In this document: piece by piece, positions 49,301 to 61,777 of the stretch
Position numbering within the stretch: the first letter of the stretch is position 1
How the letters are laid out: each line of letters begins with the position of its first letter
NCBI GenBank assembly: GCA_010909165.1
Contig: MU008178.1
Coordinates: 1,101,066-1,165,065, forward strand
Source of the DNA: Anthoceros angustus
Taxonomy: Eukaryota; Plantae; Anthocerotophyta
Reading direction: 5' to 3'
DNA length: 64,000 nt
Program-made: the position numbers and the translations under genes
The notes under the pieces: generated by a model
Seen by the model: the letters and a program-made list of their open reading frames with translations, nothing else
Databases searched by the model: none
What the model was told of the DNA's origin: nothing

Positions 49301-50633
49301 AAGCAGCCGGGCCGACATAGCAACGAGCGAGTCAAGAAGCACACGGCGACGCCTGGAACCTCCCGAGACGGTGGAGCTATGCCGGGAGGAAGAGACCGAT
49401 GGTAGGATGGTTTACCAAAGTTCCTACTGTAGGAACTGGAAGAGGAGGCGAAGGAAGGGTACCTCCGGTCACGAAACCAGTGTGAGGGAAGGTACCCCAT
49501 AGCAAGATCCGAAAGCAGGTAGGAGACGAACCGCCTACCAAGAAGACGAGAATGAGGGGAGGAACCTGAACGGGTAGGAGGAATGGAACCTCCTACCACG
49601 GAAGACCTACCACCGAGGGGTTGACGAGGCTACCGGGCATAGTCCCGAGAAGACTCGGAGGTGGGCAAGGCTAAGCGACCCATCAAGGGGAAGACATTGA
49701 AGCCGAGGGGCAACAAAAGCACGAACGAGGATGTCAGGACCTTTTCAAGAGGACGTTTTGTCCCAAGTGGTGCACACCTTGGGAAGTGTGAGTATTTAAG
49801 AGTGGCGTGATAGACAGATAGGATATTCGGTCAAGGTGAGCCGGATGAGCCGAGAGGAGAACTGGCAAGACAAGAGTCCTATTGTTGGACTTGGCAAGTC
49901 GCCCTAGCATTAAACTAGCACGAGTGGCTACCGACTCCCACCTATAAAAGGGAGGGTGGAAGAATGAATAAACACCGACCTTGCTTTGTCATGCATTCTT
50001 CGTCTCCCGCATCCCTTTGTGTGTGTGCTAGCTGACCGTCGCCAAGCGACGAAGGCGAAGGTGGGGTTGGTCGAGGCCCCTCGCGGTGGGTTCGCTCAAC
50101 GCAGCTCCTCCTCTCGTGAAAGATTGTTGTTGGATGTGCTTGTGTTGCTGGGTGGCCTCGAGGATCGCCGACCACGCCGCGTGTTCGACGCAATCGCCCG
50201 AGAGAAATACCCATTAGCCACCTGTGCACAGCGCAAGGGAGGCGTGTAAACCGCGAACGCTATGAGAGTTAGATTTGGGGATCGAATGAAGTGAGTCCGT
50301 ATGTGGTTGTCTCGTGAGCTATGTTTCTTTTGAGAATGGTGAAGAGGTTGGTTATGGGTGTGTCGTAGAGTGAATTGATCTGTAGTTGGCGAGGAGAGTG
50401 TTGAGGTGGAGGGAATCTCGAAGGCGTGGAGCGGCCGGCCGAGCAACCTGAAAACGCATAACACCGCTTTGTTGCCCACATGGACAAGTAGAGGGCGGAT
50501 GATGAGAGCGAGAGAGTGAGAGGAATGACAAACAATCCGAACCAAATCTCTTGGGGATCGAACCTAATGATTCAACGATCGTGGATAAGTGTGGCCACCG
50601 AGGCGAAGCCGGTGACCGGGCAAACCTACCACA
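46343..50633 (+). repeat. Gypsy 3' LTR (4291 bp)
   Basis: Follows the PPT; colinear with the 5' LTR. Confidence 0.95.
47200..49675 (+). pseudogene. LTR-embedded ORF, 3' copy (frameshifted)
   Basis: Same protein as 37572-40013; its frameshifts often fall at different positions. Confidence 0.7.
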
Positions 50634-51115
50634 CCTTGCTTGTTTTTGGCGCTTGAAACTTTTGTAACAACTCCATCATATAACCTAGAGGCGATCAATA
50701 CTAGATGGAGGTTGATTTTTAGTGGTTTGAAAAATTTGTAAATCATCCTTAAGATCTAGGCGTAAAGTCATGAATATTAATTTTGAAAATCATTTGTTGG
50801 TTGATGTTATATTCCCACATTCGCTTTGTATACAACATGTTAAACCTTTGGCCTTACTTATGTGCCCCTTCCGACTGACTTGATCTCTTGATTGGTGCGC
50901 CAAATGTCCGCCTATTCGAGTTTATGCACGATAGATGCATAGGCCTTGGTTTCTAGATGAGCTCATTTTCCGAAATTGACATGTATGATGGTGGTTTCTA
51001 ATGGCCAACCTTTTGAAGACGACAATGTTTCACAATGTTTTGCGTAGAAGCAAGAAAATAAATAACAGAATAGATGATTTTTCCTTGAGTAATGAAAGCC
51101 CACAATGAACACAAG

Positions 51116-51360
51116 TGTAAGTATTAAAGCTTCAATGTACTTAGACTAATACACTTAGTCTAGTTAGGTGCCTGCCATATCATTAGTTTAGCTGAAGCTA
51201 ATCACTGTGAAGCTTCTGTGCTCCTTCCTAGGGGCTTGAGCCTTAGGAGCCCCTATTGAGGGTATAAATACCTCCAAGCCTCATCTCAATGTGAGAGAGC
51301 TACACTTGCCTCCTCCTCTCCTCTCCTCTTCCACCAAAGCATGGTCGCCACCATCCTTCA
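51116..51360 (+). repeat. Inner copia 5' LTR
   Basis: TGTAAG...CCTTCA; matches 55938-56185. Confidence 0.9.
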
Positions 51361-52199
51361 ACCGGTATCGAGCTTGCTGGTTGTGTGATGCTAGAATTTT
51401 CTAGCCGCAGGGGCCGCAGCTCGTGGAATTGCAGGTGATCCATCGCGAGGCCGCGAACGCCGCAGCAGCCGCGAGCGGAGAGGCCGTGAGCAGGCTGGCG
51501 CGACCTGCGCTGAGGCCGCACGGGGCGGCGGGCGCCAGGCCGCGCACGCGCGGTGGCCGCTGGAGCGCGGAAGGCGGGCGCGCGGCGGCGCATCGGCCGG
51601 GCGCGACGGCCGCCCGCTGGCGCCGCGGGCGCGAGCGCGCGGGGCGCGCAGCCGCGCGCGGCGGCCGCCGCCGGCGGCTGCGCCCAGCGCGGGCTGCCGC
51701 GGCGCGGGCCGGCGCGGGCCCGCGCCGGCTGGCGGGCGCGCCTGGGCGCGCGCCCACAGGCGCTGGCGGCGCGTGCGGCGCAGCGCGGGTGGCGCTGGGC
51801 GCGGCGCGGCGCGGGCGCAGGCGCCGCGCGCCGCGGGCGCGGCGCGCCGCGGCGCCGCCGGGCGCGCGCGCGCCGCTGGCGCTGGCGGGCGGGCGCCACG
51901 GGCGCGCGCCGCTACAGAGGCGGCACGGCGCGCGGGCGGGCTGGGCGCGCGGGCGTGGGGCGCGAGGGCCGGCGGTGTGGGCCGGCTGGCGGCGGTGGCG
52001 CGGCGCGGGCCGGTGGCGCGGGCGGGTCGGGCAGGGCGCCGCGAGTTGGCGGTGCCGAACGCCGGGCGGCGTAAAATCGTCAAATATTCGCGAATACTCG
52101 TGGAATAGTCAAAATACACCGTGACCGCACGGATCGCTTTCTTCTTTGACTTTTCTAACAAGGCGAGTTGAGTGTTTTATCCGTATCGATTTTTGAGTC

Positions 52200-55100
52200 A
52201 TGATGTCTTCATCATCGAAAAACGCTCATGTTCAATATCGAGAAGTTAGATGGTACTAACTTCCCGCTCGAAAGAACAAGTATATAATGTTCTAGTAAAA
52301 AGCGCATCAAGCCCATAAAGTTGTTAGGCCAAAACCGGATAGTATGACGGGATGAGTGGCGGACTGGATGAGCTTGCTAGATCTACTATCATGCTAACAT
52401 TGTCAAAACAAAATGTGAAAGATAAGACCACGAGTTACGATCGTATGTGGACTGTATGAGAAGCAAAGTGCTCGTGTATTGGTTAAACAATGGTGGACTT
52501 GAAGATGAAGGAAGGGACGGAGGATGTCCGATCATCCGAATGATTTCAATACCATTTTCAGCCACTCATCTCAAGGTATCATGCTCCTGATTCCGTGAGA
52601 GCTATGTTTCTGGTCACATTACAGAGTTGGGACACCTGCAGCCAGTACGCCTCGCTAGTGGTCTTACCATTGTAAATGTAGAAGGTAGCGTTAACCGAGG
52701 AGGTGAACAGAAAACATGGAACCTTCCAAAGGTTCTGCCCTCATAGTGAGAGGGAGGTCCACTGCAAGGGAAGCAACCGGACGAAGCTTCTCGTAGCAAA
52801 TCTCGTAGTCGTAACAAGAATGTGGAGTGTCACTATTGTCACAAAGGGTCACTTCAAAAGAGAGCGAGAAGTTCAAAAGGACCAAGGAAAAGAGAAGAAG
52901 CGGACGACAAGAAGGCGACTTCTGTCGTTGGAAGAGTTAAACTCGTTGAGGACGGAGATGTCCTTATCTCTTCTTACTTGAATGCATTAACCACCGTGGA
53001 TAGTCATTTATTCCGCAATTGGATAATTGACTCGGTGCATCTTTCCATGTTACTCATAGAGAGTGGTTTAGCACGTATGATGCTACAAGGAAAGGATGCG
53101 TTAGGCTTGGAAATAACTATGCATGCCGATCGCAGCGAGGTGATGTGCAACTCAAGTTTGACAACGGATCTTCATTCATCTCAAGGACGTTAGGCATGTT
53201 CAAGTTGACAAAGAGCATGATTAGCGCAGATTTGGATGATGCGTTACCACCGGGTTTGGGGATCACTCTTGGAAGATCTCCAAAGGTTCTCTTGTTAGCT
53301 CGTGGATCAAGTGTGGCACTTTGTACTCACTTGCGTAAACACCGCCAAAGATCATGTGATCTGTGTGACAGCAGCCAAATGTTTCCTTGTGGCATTGCTT
53401 GCTAGGACATATGTCTCAAGGGAATGAAGGTTTTATCTCGTTATATCCTCCTTAACTTCTCGATCTCGTGTGAGCAGCTTATATGGGAAAGAGACAAATC
53501 ATCACATCGAAAGAGGTAAAAGTAGAGTAAACCTCTTGAGTTGGTTCACGTGATGTATGTGGACCTATGCCATCGCATCATTAGGCGGTGCCTCCTATTT
53601 TGTCACTTTCATAGATGATTTCTCACGCAAGGTGTGGGTTTATCCTTTGAAAAAGGATGAAGTTCGACGGTGTTTCGTAAATTTGTCACCCTTGTAGAGA
53701 ATCAGTCCGGCCACCGATTGAAGTGTCTAAGGACAGATAATGGTGGCGAGTATGTTTCGAAAGCTTTCCGTCATTCGTGATTCCAAGGAATCAAAAGAGA
53801 ATTGATCGCCAGATACTCCTCCACAAAATGGTGTGGCCGAGCGGATGAATGTAACCATTCGTGAGAGGATGCGTAGTTTGTTGTCAAACTCGGATTGCCT
53901 AATGGGTTTTGGCGTATGCGGTTCATCGCAGTTCATCTTATTAATGATCTCCTAATAAGGTGTTGATGAGTTCCGGAGGAGCTATGGTCCGGAAAGAAAC
54001 CATCCTACAAGCATCTGCGAGTGTTTGTGAGGCATACCGCCATGTTCCAAAAGAGTTTCGGGACAAGTTGGCACCTAAGTCCAAGAAATGTATTTTTCTT
54101 GGCTATGGTGATTCCGGTGAGATGGGATACCGCTTTGTGGGATCCAGAGGCTAGAAAGGTTGTTCGTACTAACGACGGTGTTCTTCAATGAGAACAAGAT
54201 GCGAGAAGCCTACTCCAACTGTGGAGGTGCGAAGGGTGATCTTCCAAGAAGATGGACATGATCATCATGGGCAGGTTGATAACCGTGGTAATGTGCAGGA
54301 GCACATTCCTCCACCGGTAGATGAACCAAGAGTCGAACAAGCACCTATAGAGGTGCCTGCTTCGTGAGGGGCAGATTACACGACCTCGGTATGATCCATC
54401 TGATTATGTTATGCCGATGACAGGGGAACCCTCTTCTTACAAGAGGCTGTCAACGAGTAACAAAGAGAAGTGGGAGAAGGCCATGCAAAATGAATTTGCA
54501 TAAGAACCAAACTTGGGAGTTGGTTCTGTTGCCTAAGGATAAGAAGGCACTACTGCAAATGGGTGTACAAGATGAAGGTCATACCGCTTGATGGCAAACC
54601 AAAGTACAAGGCACGATTTGCTAAGGGTTTCAAGCAACAACTGCATTGACTTTGATGAGATTTTCTCACCGAGTCAAAATGACAACTTGCGATGTTCTTG
54701 CTTTGGTTGCTGTGAATGATATGGAACTTGCAGATGGATGTCAAGACGGCATTCTTGCATGGTGACCTTCAAGAGGACGTCTACATGCACGTAAGGTTTT
54801 GTTGAGAAGGGCAAAGAGCATCCGTGTGCGAGGAAGAGCCTTTATGGTTTGAAACAGGCACCCAGAGAGTGGTATCACAAGTTCCACTCATTTATGCTTT
54901 CTCAAGGCTACAAACGTAGCGATGAGGATCATTGCCTCTATACGAAGCAAGCTAAGGATCAAAGCTTGCTCATTTTGATCCTCTATGTGGATGATATGCT
55001 AATTGCTGGAAACAGTACTGATGAGATTTCAGCGTTGAAGTCAAAGTTGAATGCTCACTTTGAAATGACAGACTTGGGAGAGGCGAGCCATATACTTGGC

Positions 55101-55897
55101 ATGATTCGAATGCATATAAGCGTGCTTTATTTGTCTCGCATTTTAATACATTAATGTGGTGCTTCAACGTTTCAACATGGAGAAGGGAAGCCATTGGGTA
55201 CTCCATTGCCTCCATATGTGAAACTTTCAAGCCGGATTGCCCAAGCTCGAGGAGGACAAATGAAATGGAGAAGGTCCCATACTCATCACCGTAGGGAGTT
55301 TGATGTATGCAATGATTACACGTCGCCCCGACATTGCCTTTGGGAGTGGTTAGGTGATGTCAAAACCCCGCAAGAAGCATTGGGAGGCAGTAAAAGGAGT
55401 TATGAGGTATCTGAATGGTACAAAAGCTTTGTGCATATGTTTTGGTAGTGAAGATGCATGTGTGGTTGGGTACACAGATGCTGATTATGCAGGGGATATG
55501 GACAAAAGGAGGTCCACATCAGGTTATGTCTTCACGTGCACTGGAGGGGCAGTCTCATGGCGATCTCGTTTGCAGTCGTGCATTACGCTATCTACCAGCC
55601 GAGTATGAAAGAATCGAGGCTTGCAAGGAAGCCATATGGCTTGCTCGCTTAGTGGGAGACTTGGGGATCAAGGTTGAGTCGCCGGTGTTGCATTGTGATA
55701 GCCAGTGCTATCCAATTGGCAAAGAATCCAGGTTTCATAAGACTAAACATGTGGATGTGAAGTATCACTTCATTCGAGAGGTGTTGGACGACAAGAGGGT
55801 ACAACTTGTCAAGGTTCACACCACCAACCCCGCAGATATTCTTACCAAGGGACTCTCTACGAGCAATTTGCACAAGCTCGGACACCGATGGGCATGA
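52200..55897 (+). pseudogene. pol: Inner copia gag-pol (frameshifted)
   Basis: IEKLDGTNF, ECHYCHK.GH, WIIDS, YFVTFIDDFSRKVW, LRTDNGGEY, PPQNGVAERMN, LYGLKQAPREW, LYVDDMLI, YTDADYAGDMDKRRSTSGY and NPADILTK. Confidence 0.92.
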
Positions 55898-55937
55898 GTC
55901 CATTCTTCCCTAAAGGTAAATTGGCCTTTAAGTGGAG

Positions 55938-56185
55938 GTAAGGGTATTAAAAGCCCAATGTACTTAGACTAATACACTTAGTCTAAGTTAGTCGATTAAG
56001 TATCATTAGTTTAGCTAAGCTAATCACTAGGAAGCTTCTTGTGCTCCTTCCTAGGGGCTTCTTGTGGAGCTTAGGAGTTTCTGGAGGGTATAAATATACC
56101 TCCAAGCCTCATCTCAATGTGAGAGCTACACTTGCCTCCTCCTCTCCTCTCCTCTTTCCACAAGATGGTCACCCACGATCCTTCA
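55938..56185 (+). repeat. Inner copia 3' LTR
   Basis: Preceded by PPT-like AAGTGGAG; the first base is uncertain. Confidence 0.88.
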
Positions 56186-56190
56186 ACAAG

Positions 56191-56800
56191 TATAAGAGAG
56201 CATCCGCTCGCACCGCGCGAGTCTAGTGAGAGCCACGAGTATCCGAAGAAAGAAAGTGTGCCCGAGCTGGGGGTTTTGACTCAAATGGTCGAGTATTTTG
56301 CTGAGGCTCAAGAAGGACCTATCTATACCCACCGTGACGCCCACTACAAACAGGGCGCAGCTAGGTGTTCTGTAGACAACCATAGCCAGCTTCGCATGGA
56401 GATTTTGAATTTAAGATCTGACTCCATGTGCCACCCATGGATAGACAAGGTTGAAAGCTGCACGCGACTCGACAAGAAGAAATGTAAGCTCAAGAGTTTG
56501 ATCAAGAACGTTGAGGAGCCCAACATCCTTTACCTTGTCCAATTGCTCACAAATGCACGCGCAGATCTGCGCGCGGCTTATTCCTACACGAGGAGGCCGT
56601 TAGATGTATGCCCGCCATTCCGGGATTGCTAATCACGGGTTTGAAAGAGAATGATGAGTGTTGCGGTGGCAAGCAGCAAAACTTGAACGAAAGTGCTTGC
56701 CTCACACAAGAATGTGGAACCCTCCAAAACCCGGTGTAACCTCTTTAGTAGGCGCAATGACGTCGCGCACTTCCACTCTTTGGAGCATAAGGCACCATCC
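56191..56800 (+). pseudogene. hAT transposase C-terminal remnant (dimerisation domain-like)
   Basis: KRMMSVAVASS..ER...SHKNV..SKTRCNL resembles the hAT pattern LSIPxSSxxxERxFS..KxRxRL. Confidence 0.55.
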
Positions 56801-56958
56801 CGCCACTTGCTGTGTGTGTCCGCATTTGTGCGGATCGTAAGCATTAGGTCTTCCTACCTCGGATGTAATGTGGGTTCACAAATCATCGAAACAAGGTGAA
56901 ATGAGACATGTGCATTCGGATGGTTACAAATGGGGTTTGGAGACAAACCCTATCTTTG

Positions 56959-59900
56959 GCTGCTCCAAGCGATACCAAACTCAACACATGTCACATCCAA
57001 AGACAATAAATCAGGATGAATCAATCTCACAAGAGCGATTCGATTGCATGGCCTTACCTTATGAAACTTCTCATCCGTTTATTGATTCTCGAGCAACCGT
57101 GCACAAAATAATCGACAATGTTCTCAATTTTGGAAGGTCACCACATGCTTTTTAGAGATTCACGTGCTGAAGTAAAAGGTGGTGTCTGCGACATACCTTT
57201 GCTAGATGGGACAACTGTGCATCTCCAAGATGTCCTTTATGTCCCAGCTATGAGTAAAAATCTCTTGTCCATTAGAGCTGTTGCTCAAAGTAAGTTTTAT
57301 GGCTTTCGCTTTGAGGACAAAAAATGTTACTTGTATCACCTGTCACAGCCTGATAAACACATTGCAAAGGCCATTCTAGTTAACGATTTGTATCAACTAG
57401 TAACAGTGTCAAAGTCTAAGGCTAGAGCACTCTTTGCTGCATTCAATGTCGAGGCTAACTTTGGGCGACTTGGCCATGGCGTGTCCAAGCTAGATCTTAT
57501 GTCAAATTCCGCTCTAATGAGAAAGAGAAGTTGGCTGTTGCTTCAAGCATCTTTTTGCATGCGCCTCCCTTTAGACATACCGTCCAAAGAAGGAGCTGCC
57601 TCCTTCTGTGAACAACAAGTGAAATTCTAGCAGTAGCCATGCACTCGAATTGATACATTGTGGATTTAGCAGGAAAGCTCCCTGTCAAGAGCTTGGGTGG
57701 TGATGAATATTACCTGTCCTTAACATATGACTTTTCCAGATACACTTGGACGTATCCACTCGAACTTAAAAGTGATGTCTTTGAACACATATCCTCTTGG
57801 ATTAAGATGGTTCAATGCCAAACTGGAAGATTTATTAAGTGCTTTAGGACAGACAATGGAGGTGAATTTATAGGCAGGCCACAAGTTCGATGACCTGTTT
57901 GAGCAACACGGCATTGTTCGACAACTTTCAGTTTCTTATACACAACAACAGAATGGAGTTGCCGAAAGAAAGAATCAAACCTTGATGGGGATGACTCGCA
58001 GCATGCTCTCATGGGCCTCTTTACCTAAGCCCTTCTGGGTAGAGGCTATAGTAGCAGCAATGTACATCCTTAATTGTCTTATCACATCTACTGTTGCCAA
58101 CAAGACTCCCCATGAAGCTTTTTGGGGTAGAAAACCCATCTTGTCGCACTTACGTGTGTTTGGGTCCCCGGCTTATGCCTACATACCTGCCGCCAAGCGA
58201 GGGAAGTTAGATAATAGGGCTAAGCAACTCGTCTTTGTTGGCTACTTTGAAGAGTCAAAAGCGTACAAGTTGCTTGATCCTCATACCTCTAAAATTACCC
58301 TTGCACGTAGTGTCACTTTTGATGAGCTTCAATCACTTTAATTGGCGCCGTCTCTAATCCCTTGGTTTGAAGGCTGCATAAAGAAAGCTTCACTAGCCGA
58401 TTAGTCTCAAGCACGATGATTTCGCTGATTACCCACACGATGGTGAAGCGCCTCAACCTCATGCATCGTTGATCTGACGATGACTTGTTAGGATTTGCAA
58501 CTCGCTGTACTCTACCGGCTGTGATGGTCAATTGAATCTCCCTTCAGACCTTCTGGGAAAACGAGAGGGGATGACACCACCCTGCTGACGCAATTGGCCG
58601 ACCAAGAGAGGGGAATTTCGACGGCTTTGGGTTCTTCTCCGATCCTGAAGATGGAATTCGCGGCGTACCACATAAACCATGCTGATGATGACACCCAAGA
58701 AAAGTTGAGGACCCCCTGCCCTCCAGCCAACAGCCTGGATCCCTCGATCCTCCTCCAAGGTATCCTGTACGAGAGAGGAGGGCAAGGGAACATTGGTCAA
58801 AACCTCCTTATCATGCCATTGACTTCAGAAACCCAGCTGCCAATGCCTCCTGACCATTCCGTAAGTGAGACTAGATCTCGCATTTTACCATGAAGCCTTG
58901 AATGGGTGTGACGGTGCACACTGGAGGGTCTCCATTGATGATGAGTACAATAGCCTTATCAAGAATAACACATGGGAGCTGGTTGATCTCCCACCTGGCA
59001 AGAAACTTATAACCTGTAAGTAGGTATTCAAAACCAAATTAAAAGCAGATGGTACAATTGCTCGCTACAAAAAGGAGGCTAGTGGCCAGAGGGTTTTCGC
59101 AGATACCTGGAATCGACTATGGGGATACTTTTTCTCCTGTGGTAAAAACTACCTCTGTCCGCATTCTTCTCGCTCTTGCAGCAAAACTTGACCTAGAACT
59201 CCATCAAATGGATGTTTGCACGGACTTCCTTCATGGTGAGCTGGAGGAGGTCCTTTACGTGCTGCAACCGGAGGGTTTTGTTAGTAAGAAATGGCCACGC
59301 AAAGTCTGTAAATTACTGAAGACAATATATGGCCCTAAGCGAAGCCCTCGAGCCTGGTTTAAGCGTATAATGAAATTTCTCCGTAATGCAGGATTTGTTC
59401 AATCACCAGCTAACTCTAATGTGTTTTACTTAATTGAGGACGGCTTGTTTGTGGTTCTGGCTCTCTACGTAGATGATGCCATTCTATTCAGTAATAGCCC
59501 GACTCAACTAGACGAGGTCAAGGCCTTGCGGCGCAGTGGAGTTCGAGATGATCGAACCGCTCTGCCTTCGCCTGCCTCTTGATCCAAATTCTGAGGGACA
59601 AGCACCAGGGCACGGTTCTTTTACATCAAACGAAGTATCTCAAGGAGATTCTTAAAAGGTTCAACTTACATGAGACCAGACCTGTCCCCTACACCATATG
59701 TTGTTAAAAGCTTATTGTTGATCAGTCCCCCTGCACAACAGAGGAGGAAGACCATATGCACGATGTTCCATATGCCAAAGTTGTTGGGTGTCTGATCTTC
59801 TTAGCTAATTGGACACGTCCCGATATCAACTTTGCAGTTAGTGTGGTTGCCCAGCTTCAAAAATCTGCAAGCCCCACCGGGCCCGCGGCCGTACGATCGC

Positions 59901-60452
59901 TATCTCAAGGGCACTATAACCTATGGACTGCACTATACATCTAGTGGCAAGCGTGAATTTATCCTTACAGCTTTTGCAGACGCAGACTGGGCTTCATATG
60001 CCGATACTTGACGCAGCCTCTCAGCGTATGTTTTCCTCCTTGCTTCAAGTGTAGTAAACTGGTCCTGCAAGAAACAGACTTCATTAGCACTGTCCTCAAC
60101 TGAAGCTGAATACAAGGCATTAACAGATGCATGTAAAGAGTTGGAATGGAAAAGCGCCCTTGATTCCTTTCATGTCTCAACTGCCGTCACCACACATACC
60201 GGCCTCTCAGATAACATGTCAAGAATCGCCCGTGGCCAATCCTAGGTTCATGCACGTACTAAACACATAGAATTATACCACCATTATATCAGGGATGTGG
60301 CAGAAAGGGGTGTTGTAAAAGTCCGGTATGTGAGCACAAATGATAACACGGCAGATGTGCTAACCAAAGGACTATCAAATTCAAAGCATTACAAACACAG
60401 GGCAGCCTTAGGGCTTCGGGAGTTCCAGCTACCTGCTCCTACTAGCTCCTAG
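56959..60452 (+). pseudogene. pol: Outer copia pol: protease, integrase, RT, RNase H
   Basis: FIDS.ATVH, DLAGKLPVKSLGG, FRTDNGGEF, QQNGVAERKN, RLVARGFSQIPGIDY, LYVDDAIL, FADADWA and NTADVLTK; stop at ~60450. Confidence 0.93.
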
Positions 60453-61211
60453 GGAAAAACCACTTGCTCCTAGCTAGGGACAGCACATACATACTTGTCC
60501 TTACAAGTCTCTTGCAGCCTGCTACATCTATGGTTGCCAGTGGAACTCCTTATGTGCTGCTGCCCTCTAGCCTACAGGTGGTCATGAGAACAGCTCAGTG
60601 GATGAAACAAATTACAACACACAGACGTGGGCTGCTCTCTGTTAGACGAAACAACTTACACTTACTTCTCTCAGGAGGGAACGGGTCATAGGTGCTGCCA
60701 ACTCTAGGAATGTCACCAACTGTCCCGACGACCCGCATCGCCTCGACAAGATGCCCGACCAACTGTGGAGGAACATGAGAGGCTCTGGTGGTACTTAGCT
60801 ACCAGTCCTGTACCCAAAACCCGCAGCTTTGCAGACTGAAGAAGCTCCTCCACCTCCTCGCACTTTATTCACAGTTTGTATCAAGTGGCAGACTAGGTTA
60901 CGATCAGCTTAGGTTGGCCAGCCCGCGAGTTTCTTCGTTGCTCCTTCATCGCCATGCTCAGGAGGGTTGCTCTATTGAGGAGGATCCTCTCGAGACCTCT
61001 TCTGACTGCTGATAGCCCCGTTCCGCTTGCGCACCATCTGCCGCTCGTGGCTCCAAAGAACAAAGGCAATGCCCAGTAAGGTGAAACGAGGGGGCTCCAT
61101 ATCTCCATCTCATGCCTCGCGCCTGGCCCTTCATAGTTCAAGCGTACCACGATGCGCTTGCATATGCTTGCGTTTATGCTCCTTCTTTTGACCCTGTTCG
61201 GTTAAGGGGGG

Positions 61212-61378
61212 TGTTAGGGTTAAATAGTTAACCACAGTTAGTTAACCTCATATGGGTTTATTAACCATGTCTTTTAGGGTCACTTTACAAGACTGTATAA
61301 ATGAACACACAATTTTGTTAATTACATTTATTATGGATTGCTATTGCATATGTTCTCTATGACTAGCACTTTGTGTCA
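61212..61378 (+). repeat. 3' LTR of outer copia (167 bp)
   Basis: Preceded by PPT AAGGGGGG and followed by TSD CTATG. Confidence 0.95.
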
Positions 61379-61777
61379 CTATGAGCCCCTTTTCGAACAT
61401 ACTCCCAATTGATTTGTGCACCTTAAAATGCCTTTATCACTGTTGATCCAATTTCCTTTGGTACTTTTGCCAATGGTAGCAGCAAGTAACCATGTCAAGC
61501 TATAGCTTGTCTAGCCTTTCTCTGGACAAACAAAGATAATCAACCTTCCAAAATGAAACGTTAACCCCAACCTGTTTTAGTTAAAACCTCTCCCAAAAAT
61601 ACCTCTTGTGCCCCAATCCATTCAATACTAATTGCAAGTAACCTCCCTCATATCAAACATCCATTGCTGGCTCTATGCAAGGAAGGGGTAGCATCGCCTA
61701 CAAGAGGCGAGCTCCAATATTGTACAGTAGAACTACGTCCATGCCGTGCTTGTGCCCGACAAATATGACCGGCCATA

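Larger units (their letters stand above)
36689..50633 (+). mobile_element. Ty3/gypsy (Athila/Tat-like) LTR retrotransposon with 4.3-kb LTRs and an internally deleted pol
   Basis: TG..CA LTR pair, TSD CCTTG (36684-36688, 50634-50638), PBS, PPT GGGGAGAGGAG (46330-46340), and gypsy-type RT/RNase H. Confidence 0.95.
51116..56185 (+). mobile_element. Ty1/copia LTR retrotransposon (inner, Tnt1-like), 5.07 kb
   Basis: LTRs at 51116-51360 and ~55938-56185, TSD ACAAG (51111-51115, 56186-56190), degenerate iMet PBS CCGGTATCGAGC at ~51362, and a full gag-pol domain series. Confidence 0.92.
35583..56958 (+). mobile_element. hAT-like TIR element, internally deleted (~2.3 kb without nested inserts)
   Basis: TIRs CAAAGATAGGGTTATTCTCCA and reverse complement CAAAGATAGGGTTTGTCTCCA (56938-56958), 19/21 identical. 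Splits copia gag from protease. hAT dimerisation-like motif near the right end. No 8-bp TSD is visible. Confidence 0.65.
33802..61378 (+). mobile_element. Ty1/copia LTR retrotransposon (outer), ~6.2 kb without nested inserts
   Basis: TG..CA LTR pair, TSD CTATG (33797-33801, 61379-61383), iMet PBS, PPT, and gag/PR/INT/RT/RH in copia order. Confidence 0.95.

Noticed and set aside
36689-50633. 4.3-kb duplication as an assembly error or segmental duplication
   Set aside because: Boundaries coincide exactly with TG..CA, PBS, PPT and a 5-bp TSD, so the repeats are LTRs.
51300-52161. Multiple long overlapping ORFs (up to 256 aa)
   Set aside because: Near-pure GC low-complexity sequence in the copia leader lacks stops by composition; probably a sequencing artefact.
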